From: an uncultured virus (IMG/VR IMGVR_UViG_3300009376_000002)
Taxonomy: Duplodnaviria > Heunggongvirae > Uroviricota > Caudoviricetes
Strand: one strand, 5' to 3'
DNA: 63,962 bases
IMG/VR virus record: IMGVR_UViG_3300009376_000002
The translations under genes and the position numbers were made by a program. Of the stretch, positions 9,241 to 19,400 are shown one piece after another. The stretch's first letter is position 1; each line of letters opens with the position of its first letter. Below the pieces are notes generated by a model, which worked only from the letters and a program-made list of their open reading frames with translations, was not told the DNA's origin and searched no databases.

Positions 9241-9798
9241 ATGAAATTCTTAAAAAATACAATCACACACCTTGCACTAGCTTTTATGATTTTAGCTGGT
9301 GCTCCATCAACAGCAATGGCCGATGACCATGCTGTTGATATCACCGGAGACAGCGCGGACTGGAAAAAGCGTTCAGGCCTTCGGTTTGGGTATAACTACC
9401 TTAGTAACGGAGATAAACCCACTAATGGTGAAGAGGCAAAGCTTCGTAGCCCGCATATGTTTGCCATAGGCTATGAGCTTCAACAGACTATGTCAGGCGG
9501 CGACTGGTTAGACATCTTGTTTATCCAGAACGTTACCATTAGCGGCCTAGAGCAGAGTGTCATTGCACCTTCTGCAAATGTTTTGGTGGGCTTTGAGATT
9601 AATGACACGCTTCAGCTAGCTGTAGGTGGCAACCTCTCGGTCTATGACCCATCTCCGGACGGAAACTATATCCACCTTGTAACTGCTTTGGGCTTTACAG
9701 CTGCCGCAGGAAAGCTGAGTGTTCCACTTCATCTTGTGTATGTTCCTGACGTTAACGGGTTCTGGCGGTTTGCGATCACCACCGGCGTGAACTGGTAG
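9241..9798 (+). CDS. Secreted outer-membrane beta-barrel-like protein
   Basis: Signal peptide ending AMA, alternating amphipathic strands, C-terminal FAITTGVNW. Confidence 0.65.
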   Translation: MKFLKNTITHLALAFMILAGAPSTAMADDHAVDITGDSADWKKRSGLRFGYNYLSNGDKPTNGEEAKLRSPHMFAIGYELQQTMSGGDWLDILFIQNVTISGLEQSVIAPSANVLVGFEINDTLQLAVGGNLSVYDPSPDGNYIHLVTALGFTAAAGKLSVPLHLVYVPDVNGFWRFAITTGVNW

Positions 9799-9808
9799 GA
9801 GAAGAACG

Positions 9809-10336
9809 ATGAGATATCTGTTAATTTTTAGTTTATTGCTACCTGCAGCTGCCCAAGCGGATGAGCAACGGATCGGTTTCGTTGCTGGCTCTACACACGG
9901 CGTAGGCTTAGGATACAGTAGGCAGCATAAGGACGGAACGGGCTGGCAAGTCTCAGCTCTTCCGATTGTTGAGGATGACTTTGATGCCACCGTTTTTCTC
10001 GGGGGAACCTACTTCAAGACTCTAAACTCCACAAGCTGGGGTCGTGCATACTGGTCATTAGGAATGGCTGCTTTTTACAATCGGAATACTGACGAGCAGT
10101 TTGAGTGGGTTTGCGACGCTAATGATGAGAACTGTCGCGACGTAAGTCAGGGATCACGCTTGGATGAAGGCCTTATGCTTTCCTTTGGTCCGGGCGTAGG
10201 CTTGGAACGACGCTGGAAGCAGTTCGCTGTGTCTCTAGAGCTTCCCCTTGCAGTCCAGATCGGCTATGTCGAGCACAAGGTCCAGTTCTTGGGTATGCAC
10301 CCAATTCCGAACTTCTCTCTAATGTATTTCTGGTAG
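9809..10336 (+). CDS. Secreted outer-membrane beta-barrel-like protein
   Basis: Signal peptide ending AQA, amphipathic strands, C-terminal FSLMYFW. Confidence 0.65.
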   Translation: MRYLLIFSLLLPAAAQADEQRIGFVAGSTHGVGLGYSRQHKDGTGWQVSALPIVEDDFDATVFLGGTYFKTLNSTSWGRAYWSLGMAAFYNRNTDEQFEWVCDANDENCRDVSQGSRLDEGLMLSFGPGVGLERRWKQFAVSLELPLAVQIGYVEHKVQFLGMHPIPNFSLMYFW

Positions 10337-10350
10337 GAGATTGCAGGTAG

Positions 10351-10677
10351 ATGCGCTTCGAGCTTATCACTGAAGAAAACCTTGACGACTATACCGACAA
10401 CGGTGAGTTTCCTAACTTTGTTCATTATCCCATGAAGAAACTAAGAGAAGATTTCTATGATGTTAAGAAGAAAGATACACTCATCTTCTGGGGCGCCGAA
10501 GGTCACAATATAAAATCGAAGAATGTCACGTTAAAATCCATCGGAAAGTTTGACGGGACGCTAGAAGAAGCATTAGATGTCTTGAAATCTTCTTTGCCGC
10601 CAAGCCAGGTGATGCTTGTTCATACTGAGCACGGTGAGATATACAGAGCAATTGTTCCTCGAAGGAGAATGAGATGA
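10351..10677 (+). CDS. Hypothetical protein
   Basis: 108 aa ORF with ATGA coupling to the epimerase gene. Confidence 0.65.
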   Translation: MRFELITEENLDDYTDNGEFPNFVHYPMKKLREDFYDVKKKDTLIFWGAEGHNIKSKNVTLKSIGKFDGTLEEALDVLKSSLPPSQVMLVHTEHGEIYRAIVPRRRMR

Positions 10678-11642
10678 AATTTGTTATTACAGGTGAAGCC
10701 GGTTTTATCGGGCGCAACCTCCCTCTAGCATTTGAGAAGCACGGTCACACGTTTGTTTCACTACTTAATCATTCAGCTTTTGTTTGTCTCCCTACAGGTG
10801 AGCCCTGTGTGCATCGCAACTCAGAAGATCGCTGGTTCTCTGTCCTGGAAGAGAATGATATCGACCTGGTGATCCACAATGCAGCCTTGGTAGGCACGGA
10901 TGTGGTGGCACTAAACCCAAACGAAGCATCCCTAACTAACGTCTCAGGCACACACATCATCTGTCGTGCAGCAGAACGAGCTGGAGCTGCCGTCTCCTAT
11001 ATGGGCACCACAGTGATCTACAATACTGCGCTTTACCAGCGCATTAAGATCCATGAACGATCTGAGCATCTACCTAAGACGCTTTACGGCTCTCAAAAGC
11101 TTGCGTCAGAATACATCGTTCAGAGTGCATGCACCCGCTGGAATGTTGTTCGCCCGCTCTTCGCTTACGGCGGCGTGGGTGACATGAACTCTCTGATTGC
11201 CAAAACCCTCTACGCTTCTCGTGATGGTCGTGATAGCATCAATATGTTCCTGGATCCGATGAAGGTGAAAGATTACATGCACGTTACCGACTACTGCGAT
11301 GCCGTTGCCCTATCCTGCCACCTGCAGATGTGGGGTAGCGACTACAATGTCGCAGCTGAGAACCCTTATAACACTCGTGAGATCGTGGAGATGATGTCCG
11401 AGGTCTCGGGCCGCGACCTAGAAGAGGTGATCAAATGGCACCCGCACACCGACTACCTCGGAAACCATCGCCTTCTTTCCAAGAAGTTTAGAGATGCCAC
11501 GGGATGGGAGCCGAAATACACACTCCTCCAAGGCATTCAGGAATCCTGGGAGTCAATCTTGGAAGATAGAAGCGGCTACAATCCCCTCGTGTACCTGGAT
11601 GAAGCAGATAAGCGCGGATTAGATCTCACGCAGTTCTACTAG
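10674..11642 (+). CDS. NAD-dependent sugar epimerase/dehydratase (extended SDR)
   Basis: TGEAGFIG, HNAA, YGSQK (YxxxK) and DYMHVTD. Confidence 0.85.
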   Translation: MKFVITGEAGFIGRNLPLAFEKHGHTFVSLLNHSAFVCLPTGEPCVHRNSEDRWFSVLEENDIDLVIHNAALVGTDVVALNPNEASLTNVSGTHIICRAAERAGAAVSYMGTTVIYNTALYQRIKIHERSEHLPKTLYGSQKLASEYIVQSACTRWNVVRPLFAYGGVGDMNSLIAKTLYASRDGRDSINMFLDPMKVKDYMHVTDYCDAVALSCHLQMWGSDYNVAAENPYNTREIVEMMSEVSGRDLEEVIKWHPHTDYLGNHRLLSKKFRDATGWEPKYTLLQGIQESWESILEDRSGYNPLVYLDEADKRGLDLTQFY

Positions 11643-11645
11643 GCT

Positions 11646-11674
11646 GTGTAAATCTCTTACTTATAGAATATAAT
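11646..11674 (+). promoter_or_regulatory. Promoter GTGTAA-N17-TATAAT
   Basis: One of a recurrent set of GTGTAAAT...TATAAT elements. Confidence 0.7.
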
Positions 11675-11695
11675 AGGGCGCAAGGAGAACCTCAC

Positions 11696-13321
11696 TTGTC
11701 ACTTCAAGACGCCTTTCCATTTGACGAACCACGTCAGGCACAGATCGATGCCATCGCTTTCACTATTAATACTTTCTTAAAAAGTGATAAACGCTTCTGT
11801 ATCATCGAGGCAGGAACCGGCGTAGGTAAGTCTGCTATCGGTGTCACCATCGGACGAGTTCTTAACTCTAAGTACGAGCAGTTTACCGACCAGGATCCTG
11901 TCAAAGGTACATACTTTGTCACCACGCAGAAGATCTTGCAAGACCAGTACGTCAAGGATTTCGGTGGCTACGGTAAGAAGATGAAATCTATCGCTTCCTC
12001 TGCTAACTACCCATGTAGATATCATAAGGGCAATAGCTGCGGTGAGTCAAAGCAACTCCTCAGAACAGCCGAGAGATCTAGTAAGTTCTTCAAAGTTTGC
12101 ACGATGAACTGCAACTACAATCAGGCGAAGGACGAGTTTATTAACTCGCCCGAGTCAGTGGTCAACTTTCCCTACCTGCTCACCGAGGCAACCTACAGCG
12201 GCAAGCTTAAACCGCGTCACTTGCTGGTGCTAGACGAGGCACACAATATCGAGTCACAGCTTAGTCGCTTCATCGAGGTGTCAGTTTCGGAGTGGTTCTC
12301 TAAAAAGACACTCAAAGCAGGTTGGACGAAGGCAGAAACTCAGTTTCAAGCACATAAGTGGATCAGCGAAGTTTACTACACCAAAGTTTGCGACCGACTC
12401 AAGCACATCGAAAAGATGATGAGCAAATACGGCGGGCTAAAAGACAAGCTAGATGAGATGATGGGTTTCGCCAAGCAGTTGGACATGTTGCGCTCTCATG
12501 TTGATCGGCTCCGCATGTTTCTCAAGCACTACGACAAGGAAAACTGGATCGTGGAGTTCGAGAACTACAAAGGTCGAGGCAAACGCCGCATTACCTTCAA
12601 ACCTGTGGATGTGTCCAAATTTGGGCAGGATTACCTTTTTAGGCTAGGGACCAAGGTTTTAATGATGTCGGCGACGATCCTTGACAGAGAAGCATTCTGT
12701 CAATCTCTGGGTATCTCTGCGGGTGATGTGGAGTTTCTTTCTCTGCCTTCACCCTTTCCGACGGAAAATCGACCTATCATCGAACTACCGGTGGGGCCAA
12801 TGAATGCCAAAGAGATCGACAACACCCTGCCCAAGATGGCGAAGGTCGTGGAGGAGTTATTGGAAGCACATCCCGACGAGAAAGGGATTGTCCACTGCCA
12901 CACGTTCAAGATTGCCAACTACCTAAAAGACAACATCAATTCCAAGCGCCTGCTCATTCACGAGACATCAAATCGGGAGGAGATGCTGCAAAAGCACATG
13001 CAGTCAAACAAACCAACGGTTCTGCTTAGTCCGTCAATGTCAGAGGGTGTGGATCTACGTGATGACTGCTCACGCTTCCAGATTATCTGCAAGATCCCGT
13101 ATCCCTACTTGGGTGACAAGGTGGTGAAGAAGCGCATGAACAAGTGGCCCGGCTGGTATCCCCTCCAAACCGCGAAATCCATCGTCCAGGCAGTAGGGCG
13201 CAGTATCCGGTCTGTAGACGATCACGCAGTGACTTACATTTTAGATGGCCAGTGGCGTAGCTTTTACGGAAGGAACAAGAAGTTCTTTCCTGATGATTTT
13301 CAAAAATGCATTAAGAGGTGA
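11696..13321 (+). CDS. DinG/XPD-family SF2 helicase
   Basis: AGTGVGKS, DEAH, MSAT, EGVD and QAVGRSIR motifs; Cys cluster suitable for Fe-S. Confidence 0.9.
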   Translation: MSLQDAFPFDEPRQAQIDAIAFTINTFLKSDKRFCIIEAGTGVGKSAIGVTIGRVLNSKYEQFTDQDPVKGTYFVTTQKILQDQYVKDFGGYGKKMKSIASSANYPCRYHKGNSCGESKQLLRTAERSSKFFKVCTMNCNYNQAKDEFINSPESVVNFPYLLTEATYSGKLKPRHLLVLDEAHNIESQLSRFIEVSVSEWFSKKTLKAGWTKAETQFQAHKWISEVYYTKVCDRLKHIEKMMSKYGGLKDKLDEMMGFAKQLDMLRSHVDRLRMFLKHYDKENWIVEFENYKGRGKRRITFKPVDVSKFGQDYLFRLGTKVLMMSATILDREAFCQSLGISAGDVEFLSLPSPFPTENRPIIELPVGPMNAKEIDNTLPKMAKVVEELLEAHPDEKGIVHCHTFKIANYLKDNINSKRLLIHETSNREEMLQKHMQSNKPTVLLSPSMSEGVDLRDDCSRFQIICKIPYPYLGDKVVKKRMNKWPGWYPLQTAKSIVQAVGRSIRSVDDHAVTYILDGQWRSFYGRNKKFFPDDFQKCIKR

Positions 13322-13323
13322 TC

Positions 13324-14085
13324 ATGAGCGAAGACGAAGAAAATAAGCTTGGTAAAGTCATTGAGTTTCCTTATCATAAGCTTAGGAAAAACTCTGCACC
13401 TACCGAAGAAAAATATGTCAATGCGCTTGACCGTTTTGACCCGTCAGAGATGGAAGATGCCACGCTGGTAGCTACTTTGCAATCTTGCCCGCTCTATGTG
13501 ATCGGAGACGTGTTTGATCCTCGCTGGTGGGCTCGACGCGTCGCCTGGATGATGAGGCTTGGAATGTCAACTAATCATCCTGTTGTTGGAGACGTTTTTC
13601 CAGAGATCAAGCACTGCACTTTAATCGAATACAGTTTTCCCAAGCTCGATTTATGCTGGTTCGACCAAGATACGATGCTCTCTGCAATTAAGATTGTGAC
13701 AGATAAGTCGATCAAGCAGAATGACATCGATGTTGCAGAGAGATCCTTAGATCGAAAAGGCCACAATCCCAAGAAGTATCTACTAAGTTTCTTTGAGCCT
13801 AACCCAAAGATTAACACGTCAGATTGGGAAGTTATTCCTATGGCGGATTTCTCATATACGCTCCACGACATGGCAGATGCCTTAGGTGAAAACCTTGATA
13901 TGGCTCGGAGCTTAGATGATTGCGGTTCGTGGATGCTTCTGCTGGACGAGTTTACTACACGTTACCTGTCATATTACAACAGAAACGATGCCAACAACAC
14001 AGCCATGATGCGCTACTTCGCACAGCAGTTAGGCCTAGACAAGATACTGGATAAAGTGGCCAAACAGGGCACTGGATTATTTTAA
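13324..14085 (+). CDS. Hypothetical protein
   Basis: ORF of about 253 aa with RBS and an N-terminal KVIEFP motif. Confidence 0.7.
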   Translation: MSEDEENKLGKVIEFPYHKLRKNSAPTEEKYVNALDRFDPSEMEDATLVATLQSCPLYVIGDVFDPRWWARRVAWMMRLGMSTNHPVVGDVFPEIKHCTLIEYSFPKLDLCWFDQDTMLSAIKIVTDKSIKQNDIDVAERSLDRKGHNPKKYLLSFFEPNPKINTSDWEVIPMADFSYTLHDMADALGENLDMARSLDDCGSWMLLLDEFTTRYLSYYNRNDANNTAMMRYFAQQLGLDKILDKVAKQGTGLF

Positions 14086-14111
14086 AGCATATTTAGAAAC
14101 AGGAGAAAATA

Positions 14112-15245
14112 ATGGGCGGTGCAGCTGGACATATGGCACATCCTTTCGATCTTCCCGCAGTTCGAAATGGAAAAGACCTGATCAAGTTCTTTGACGACGC
14201 GTCAGAATACCTTGCCAATAATGAGTCGAGCGTAAAGATCGACGGCGTCAATGTAAGCTTTAAGCTCGTCGACGGGCCGAACGGCAAAGAGTTCGCGATG
14301 GATCGTGGAAGCTTAAGCCCGCTGGATATCGGTGGCATCACTCGAGCGAAACTTGACCAACGCTTTCCAGAGGGTCACGGTATGATCGCGGCAGGAAACG
14401 AGATGCTCGATCTGCTTAACACTGCACTCCCGGACATTCAATCAGAGCTTGAAGAGCTCGGAATGTACGACGATCCGACAATGTTCCTAAACACGGAGTA
14501 TGTTTCAGGCAAGACCAATGTGACAGATTACGACCAGAAGTTTCTGGCCATTCACGGTCTCAACCAGTTCTACGAGAAGATATCACGCATCAAGAGTAAA
14601 GCGCGTCGACCAGGCGCTCCACGACCGGAAGGGGTAAAAGCTCCTAGTGCGGAAGTAGCATATGACAAATCCGTCATGAAGCGTCTTATTGACAAGCTTG
14701 GAGCTGCAGCCAAGAAGCAAGGCTTCGAGGTTTACGGTGATGTCCCGGCTGCTCTCAAAGGAGATGCTCAGACTGCTGATTTCTCCGGCACTCTCTCGTC
14801 GCCGTTTGAGGTGGTGAGGTCCGAGGGCGAAGCGGAAACTAAACCCTTGTCCCAATGGCTTCAGGCAGCAAACCACCCGGGAGTTGAAAAGATAACTTTA
14901 GGTAGCGGCAAGAAGGTGAATGCTCTCAGCAAAGAGGTCTATATGTCCATTATCGATGGAGTGCCCGTTGATGAGCTTGTCCCAGACTCAGGCCAACAGC
15001 AGACTGCCATTGACGCAGCAGTCATCTACCATGCTACTCGAATGCTAGGAAACGATATCCTTGATGTGCTTACCTCACCAATGGGCGATGTTCGCGCTCA
15101 CGAAGGTGTGGTTCTCCGAGACGAGCGCTTTGGTTCACGCCCAGTAAAGATCACGGGTGATTTTATCGTAGGTGGCTTGGAATCTGCGTTCCAGAAGAAC
15201 GAAAGCCTTCTCAGGAACTACGTTAAAGCTATTCTTAAATCTTAA
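14112..15245 (+). CDS. ATP-dependent ligase/covalent nucleotidyltransferase-fold protein (MGGAAGHM-type) with C-terminal tag
   Basis: Motif I KIDG, motif IV HEGVVLR, motif V VKITG. C-terminal ESLLRNYVKAIL. ATATTTAG at 14089-14096. Confidence 0.6.
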   Translation: MGGAAGHMAHPFDLPAVRNGKDLIKFFDDASEYLANNESSVKIDGVNVSFKLVDGPNGKEFAMDRGSLSPLDIGGITRAKLDQRFPEGHGMIAAGNEMLDLLNTALPDIQSELEELGMYDDPTMFLNTEYVSGKTNVTDYDQKFLAIHGLNQFYEKISRIKSKARRPGAPRPEGVKAPSAEVAYDKSVMKRLIDKLGAAAKKQGFEVYGDVPAALKGDAQTADFSGTLSSPFEVVRSEGEAETKPLSQWLQAANHPGVEKITLGSGKKVNALSKEVYMSIIDGVPVDELVPDSGQQQTAIDAAVIYHATRMLGNDILDVLTSPMGDVRAHEGVVLRDERFGSRPVKITGDFIVGGLESAFQKNESLLRNYVKAILKS

Positions 15246-15913
15246 TCGATCGCGGTTCGGATGAACGCGCGCAACAGGCTTTCCTGTAAAGCTTTCCCAG
15301 ATAGGATGTCAAAGATCGCCTGCTTTGAAGCATCACTCAGCTGGAAGGGAAGCATGTCTTTAAATGCCTCTTCATTCCCGTCAACCAGGTGGCGCCGCAT
15401 ATCGGTGCCGCTTACTGGGACAGTTTCATTGCGATCAAGGGCGACTTTGTCCAGCTTCTCAAGTACGAAATCTTGATCCAAATACCTCAGCAACTGTTCT
15501 TCGCTGTAGTTGTTTTCGATATCAACTGGGTCCGAGTAGATAGTAAAGTGATCTTCAGAGTTTTGCTCAGAGGAATTCTGTAGAAGCTCATACGCTTTGC
15601 GAATAGGCGCGCCCCCGGTGCCTAGAAGATGAAGCGTGACGTTGCTAGGTAGTATTTTGCCTAGATGATCCTCCCAGACTTTTCGCATGTCATCTCCGTA
15701 GATCGGGTGCACCCCGGGCTTCGGTACTTCGATTTTTCTTGCGCCCTGCTTGACCGTCCGCGTGTCGCTTGGATCTTTAATCTTTCTAACGCCCCTGCTA
15801 GACAGAGAGACGAAGAGCTCCACTTTGTCGTTTTCCTTTGCAGCCTTTTCGACCATAGCATGATGCCCGGCGTGATAAGGCTTAAAACTACCTGCGACTA
15901 TTCCGACTTTCAT
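15242..15913 (-). CDS. HIGH-motif (cytidylyl/adenylyl) nucleotidyltransferase with C-terminal tag
   Basis: GSFKPYHAGH (HxGH) and VSGTDMR. C-terminal ESLLRAFIRTAI. The only minus-strand gene. Confidence 0.8.
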   Translation of the reverse strand: MKVGIVAGSFKPYHAGHHAMVEKAAKENDKVELFVSLSSRGVRKIKDPSDTRTVKQGARKIEVPKPGVHPIYGDDMRKVWEDHLGKILPSNVTLHLLGTGGAPIRKAYELLQNSSEQNSEDHFTIYSDPVDIENNYSEEQLLRYLDQDFVLEKLDKVALDRNETVPVSGTDMRRHLVDGNEEAFKDMLPFQLSDASKQAIFDILSGKALQESLLRAFIRTAID

Positions 15914-15928
15914 AATGAAACTCCAGGC

Positions 15929-15976
15929 ATAAATATTGAATCGAATTTATTATAACACACGTATGTAGATTTACAC
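15929..15976 (-). promoter_or_regulatory. Tandem promoters for the minus-strand gene: GTGTAA-N16-TATAAT (15976-15949) and late-type ATATTTAT (15936-15929)
   Basis: Reverse complement reads GTGTAAATCTACATACGTGTGTTATAAT...ATATTTATGCCTGGAG. Confidence 0.65.
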
Positions 15977-15997
15977 GGTCCGGGGTAGTATTAATAC

Positions 15998-16234
15998 ATG
16001 TCTAAAAAGAGAAGATTTAAACCGGGTGACATGGTCCAGGTTTTGTCTGGGGATGATCATGAAAAATACAAGAAAGACGATGTAGGCTTAGTGCTCCCCG
16101 GGAAAATGGCGTGGCCCTTGTCAAGGGCACACTCAAACGGAAAAAGAACCCTTATGTATTCAGTCTTAATATTCGGAACTAAGCACTGGATAGATGGAAA
16201 AGCACTTCGATTGATTGAGAAGGTAAATGGATAG
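15998..16234 (+). CDS. Small KOW/SH3-like GDLV-family protein
   Basis: FKPGDMVQV start. Confidence 0.6.
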   Translation: MSKKRRFKPGDMVQVLSGDDHEKYKKDDVGLVLPGKMAWPLSRAHSNGKRTLMYSVLIFGTKHWIDGKALRLIEKVNG

Positions 16235-16418
16235 AGATCTCACTTATCTAAGAGAAGGAGATCTAGTCTGTATTCCCATGCAGGAACCGCCCGTCGTAGG
16301 ATTCGTTGCCAGAACTCCACCCCCAACTGCCACTTTTGTCCGGATCCTTGTTGACGGGAAGCTTGACTGGTGGCACATAACCGACTGCGATATTATAAGT
16401 TGTGTAAATCCAGAATAG
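16227..16418 (+). CDS. Small KOW/SH3-like GDLV-family protein
   Basis: LREGDLVCI. Confidence 0.55.
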   Translation: MDRDLTYLREGDLVCIPMQEPPVVGFVARTPPPTATFVRILVDGKLDWWHITDCDIISCVNPE

Positions 16419-16430
16419 GTGTTTTATAAT
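16402..16430 (+). promoter_or_regulatory. Promoter GTGTAA-N17-TATAAT upstream of dnaE
   Basis: Exact spacing, followed by a GGAG RBS. Confidence 0.7.
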
Positions 16431-16450
16431 CTTAGCACCGGAGATAAAAA

Positions 16451-19400
16451 GTGTCATTTGACGATTTCAAGAAACCTAATCGATTCGTAGGCATGCACGG
16501 CCACGATGGTTATTCCACTTACGATGGCCTAGGATACCCAGCAGATCACCTGGACTTTGTCTTGGAGAACGGCATGGATGCCCTCTCTATTACCAACCAC
16601 GGTAACTGCAACTCCCTCCCTTTCCTCTGGAAGCACGGCGAGAAACTACGCAAGCAAGGTCGAAATGTTAGAACCATCTCAGGATGTGAGTTCTATTTTG
16701 TTCCATCGCTTAAGGAGTGGGAGAAGCAGTATCAAAACCATCGAGATCGAGTAAAGGCGGAACGGGATGCTAAAAAGCAAGAAGCCCTATCTAAGATCGA
16801 TGTCAATAAAGATGCCGAGGATGATGAGGCTCAGGGGGGCCACGTTATTGAGGATGAGGAAGCCAGCAAGACTTACGACCCCGACGCCTTGGATTGGAAG
16901 CGCCGGTATCACTTAGTTGTCACAGCGCGGAACTTGACCGGCCTGCAAAACCTCTTCAGGTTAATCAAGCGCTCGTACAAGGAAGGGTTTTATCGGTTTC
17001 CACGCATTGACTTTGAAATGTTGAAGGAGCACGGGGAAGGGCTCCAGGTGTCGTCTGCCTGTCTGGCAGGCATCGCCACTGGAACCGTCTTTAAGGGGCA
17101 GGCTCACAAGAAAGATTTTGAGGAGATCATGCGGGATCTCGGTAATCTCACAGATCGCTTTCATGATGCGCTAAGTCCGGATCGTTTCTTCTGGGAGATC
17201 CAGTTCAACTCCTTGGACGCACAACACACCACAAATCACTACCTGCTAGAGATGGCCAAACGCCACAACCTTCCTCTCATCGCCACCGCAGACAGTCACT
17301 ATCCACGACCGGACCTGTGGGAAGCCCGGGAGCTCTACAAGAAGCTCGGCTGGATGCGTGATAAGCCCACCCCTCTCCCCACCTTCGACGAGCTCAAGTG
17401 TGAGCTTTATCCCAAGAACGCGGAACAGATGTGGGAGGAGTACGGAAGGCATTACACTCAGCACGACTTCTACAATGGCACCGAAGACATGGTCCGGCAA
17501 GCAATCGAGCGTACACATGACCTGACCTGGAACGAGTTCGAGGACGTCTGGATCGACAGCAAAGCCAAGCTGCCTAACTACGCCAATCCCCAGCGTTCAC
17601 ACGCGTGCTATCCCGAGCCGCCTGAGGACACCCCGTTCCAGCAGCTAGCTAAGCTGGTCAAGGCGGCGATGATCCGCGAGGGCCTAGGTGACAAGCCCGA
17701 GTACGTCGCGCGTGTCAAGGAGGAGATGGACGACATCAAGTTCCTGGGCTTCGAGAACTACTTCCTGACCATGTATGACGTGTTCCATCTCGCAGAGAAG
17801 AAGACGCTGTTCGGGCCGGCCCGTGGTTCGGGTGGTGGCTCGCTGGTCAACTACCTGCTGGGCATCACGCAGATCGACCCCCTCCCGTTTGGCCTGCTGT
17901 GGTCGCGCTTCCTGGGCCGCCACCGCACGTCCTGGCCTGACATCGACTCTGACGCGGGAGACCGCGACGCGCTGATCGATGCAGCTCGAGTCCTCTTTGG
18001 AGAGGATGCGGTCATTCCCGTGTCCAACTTCAACACGCTGAAACTCAAGTCCATCGTTAAGGATGTGGCCAAGTTCTACCAGATCGACTTCGCCGAAGTG
18101 AACCGGATCACTGGTCCCCTCCAGGGTGAGGTGGAACCCTTCGCCCGAGATGCCAACACCGAGAAGTCCGTCTTTGTGCTCAAGCACGACGACTGTATGA
18201 AGTACTCCGATAACTACCGGACCTTTATGGAGAAGTATCCGCACGTGGAGAAGCACGTGAGCACGTTGTTTATGGAACAACGAGCCATCGGCCGACATGC
18301 TGGGGGCGTCCTCATCGCTGATGAGAATGAGTTAGCCGAGACCATGCCCCTGATCGGTGTGCGTGGTGAGCTCCAGACCCCCTGGACCGAGGGTATGAAC
18401 TTCCGGAACCTGGAAGACAACGGTTTCATCAAGTTCGACTTCCTCGGCCTAACCCTAATGAAGGATGTGGAGAACTGCATCAAGCGCGTCCTGCGGACGC
18501 CTGACAATCCTCAGCCTAGCTTTGCGCAGATTAAAGAGTATTTTGACGAGCATCTTAACTGCCGATATGTCAAGCAGGATGACCCTAAGGTGTGGGAGCA
18601 CTCCTATCACCATCAGAATTTCGCCCCGGGCCTCTTTCAGTTTACGGCTCAGGGAGCTCGCAACTTCTGTCAGCAGGCTAAACCCGATAACATTGAGGAA
18701 CTAGCGGCCATTACTGCTATCTATCGCCCGGGCCCACTCAAGGCTAATGTCCACATCAAGTACGTGGAAGCCAAGAACGACCGGGACAACATTGTCTACG
18801 ACCACCCCGTGATCGAGCGCGTCCTCGGCCCCACCTGCGGTTTCATCACCTTTCAGGAGCAGTTCATGACCCTGGCAGTCGAGCTCGCAGGGTTTACTCC
18901 CGGTGAGTCTGACAAGATGCGTAAGACGCTGGTGAAGAAGTCCTTAGACACCATCGGTAAGAAGGGTTCCGAACGTGACCAGCTGCGTAAGCAATTCGTG
19001 GAAGGTGCTCAACGCCTCCATGACCTAGATCCCAAGATCACTCACGCGCTTTTCGATAAGATCGAGTTCTTCTCCCTTTATGGTTTCAATAAGTCGCACG
19101 CCGTGGCTTACGCCATCGATAGCTACTACGCCGCCTGGCTCTACACCTACCATCCCAAGGAGTGGATCGCTACTGTGCTCCAGTCAGAGAACAACTCCCC
19201 TAACGGTCTGGCTAAGACCATCCGGGAGGTCAAGGTCCTGGGTTACAAGTTTGCACCATCGGATATCAACTACTCCGGTGAGGAGTGGGATTATAATCCT
19301 GAGCGAAAAGCCTTTGTACCTCCCCTGTCTTCTATTAAAGGTGTTGGTGGTAAAGCGATGGAGGAGATCATCGAGCATCGTCCTTTCCGCAATCTACGCG

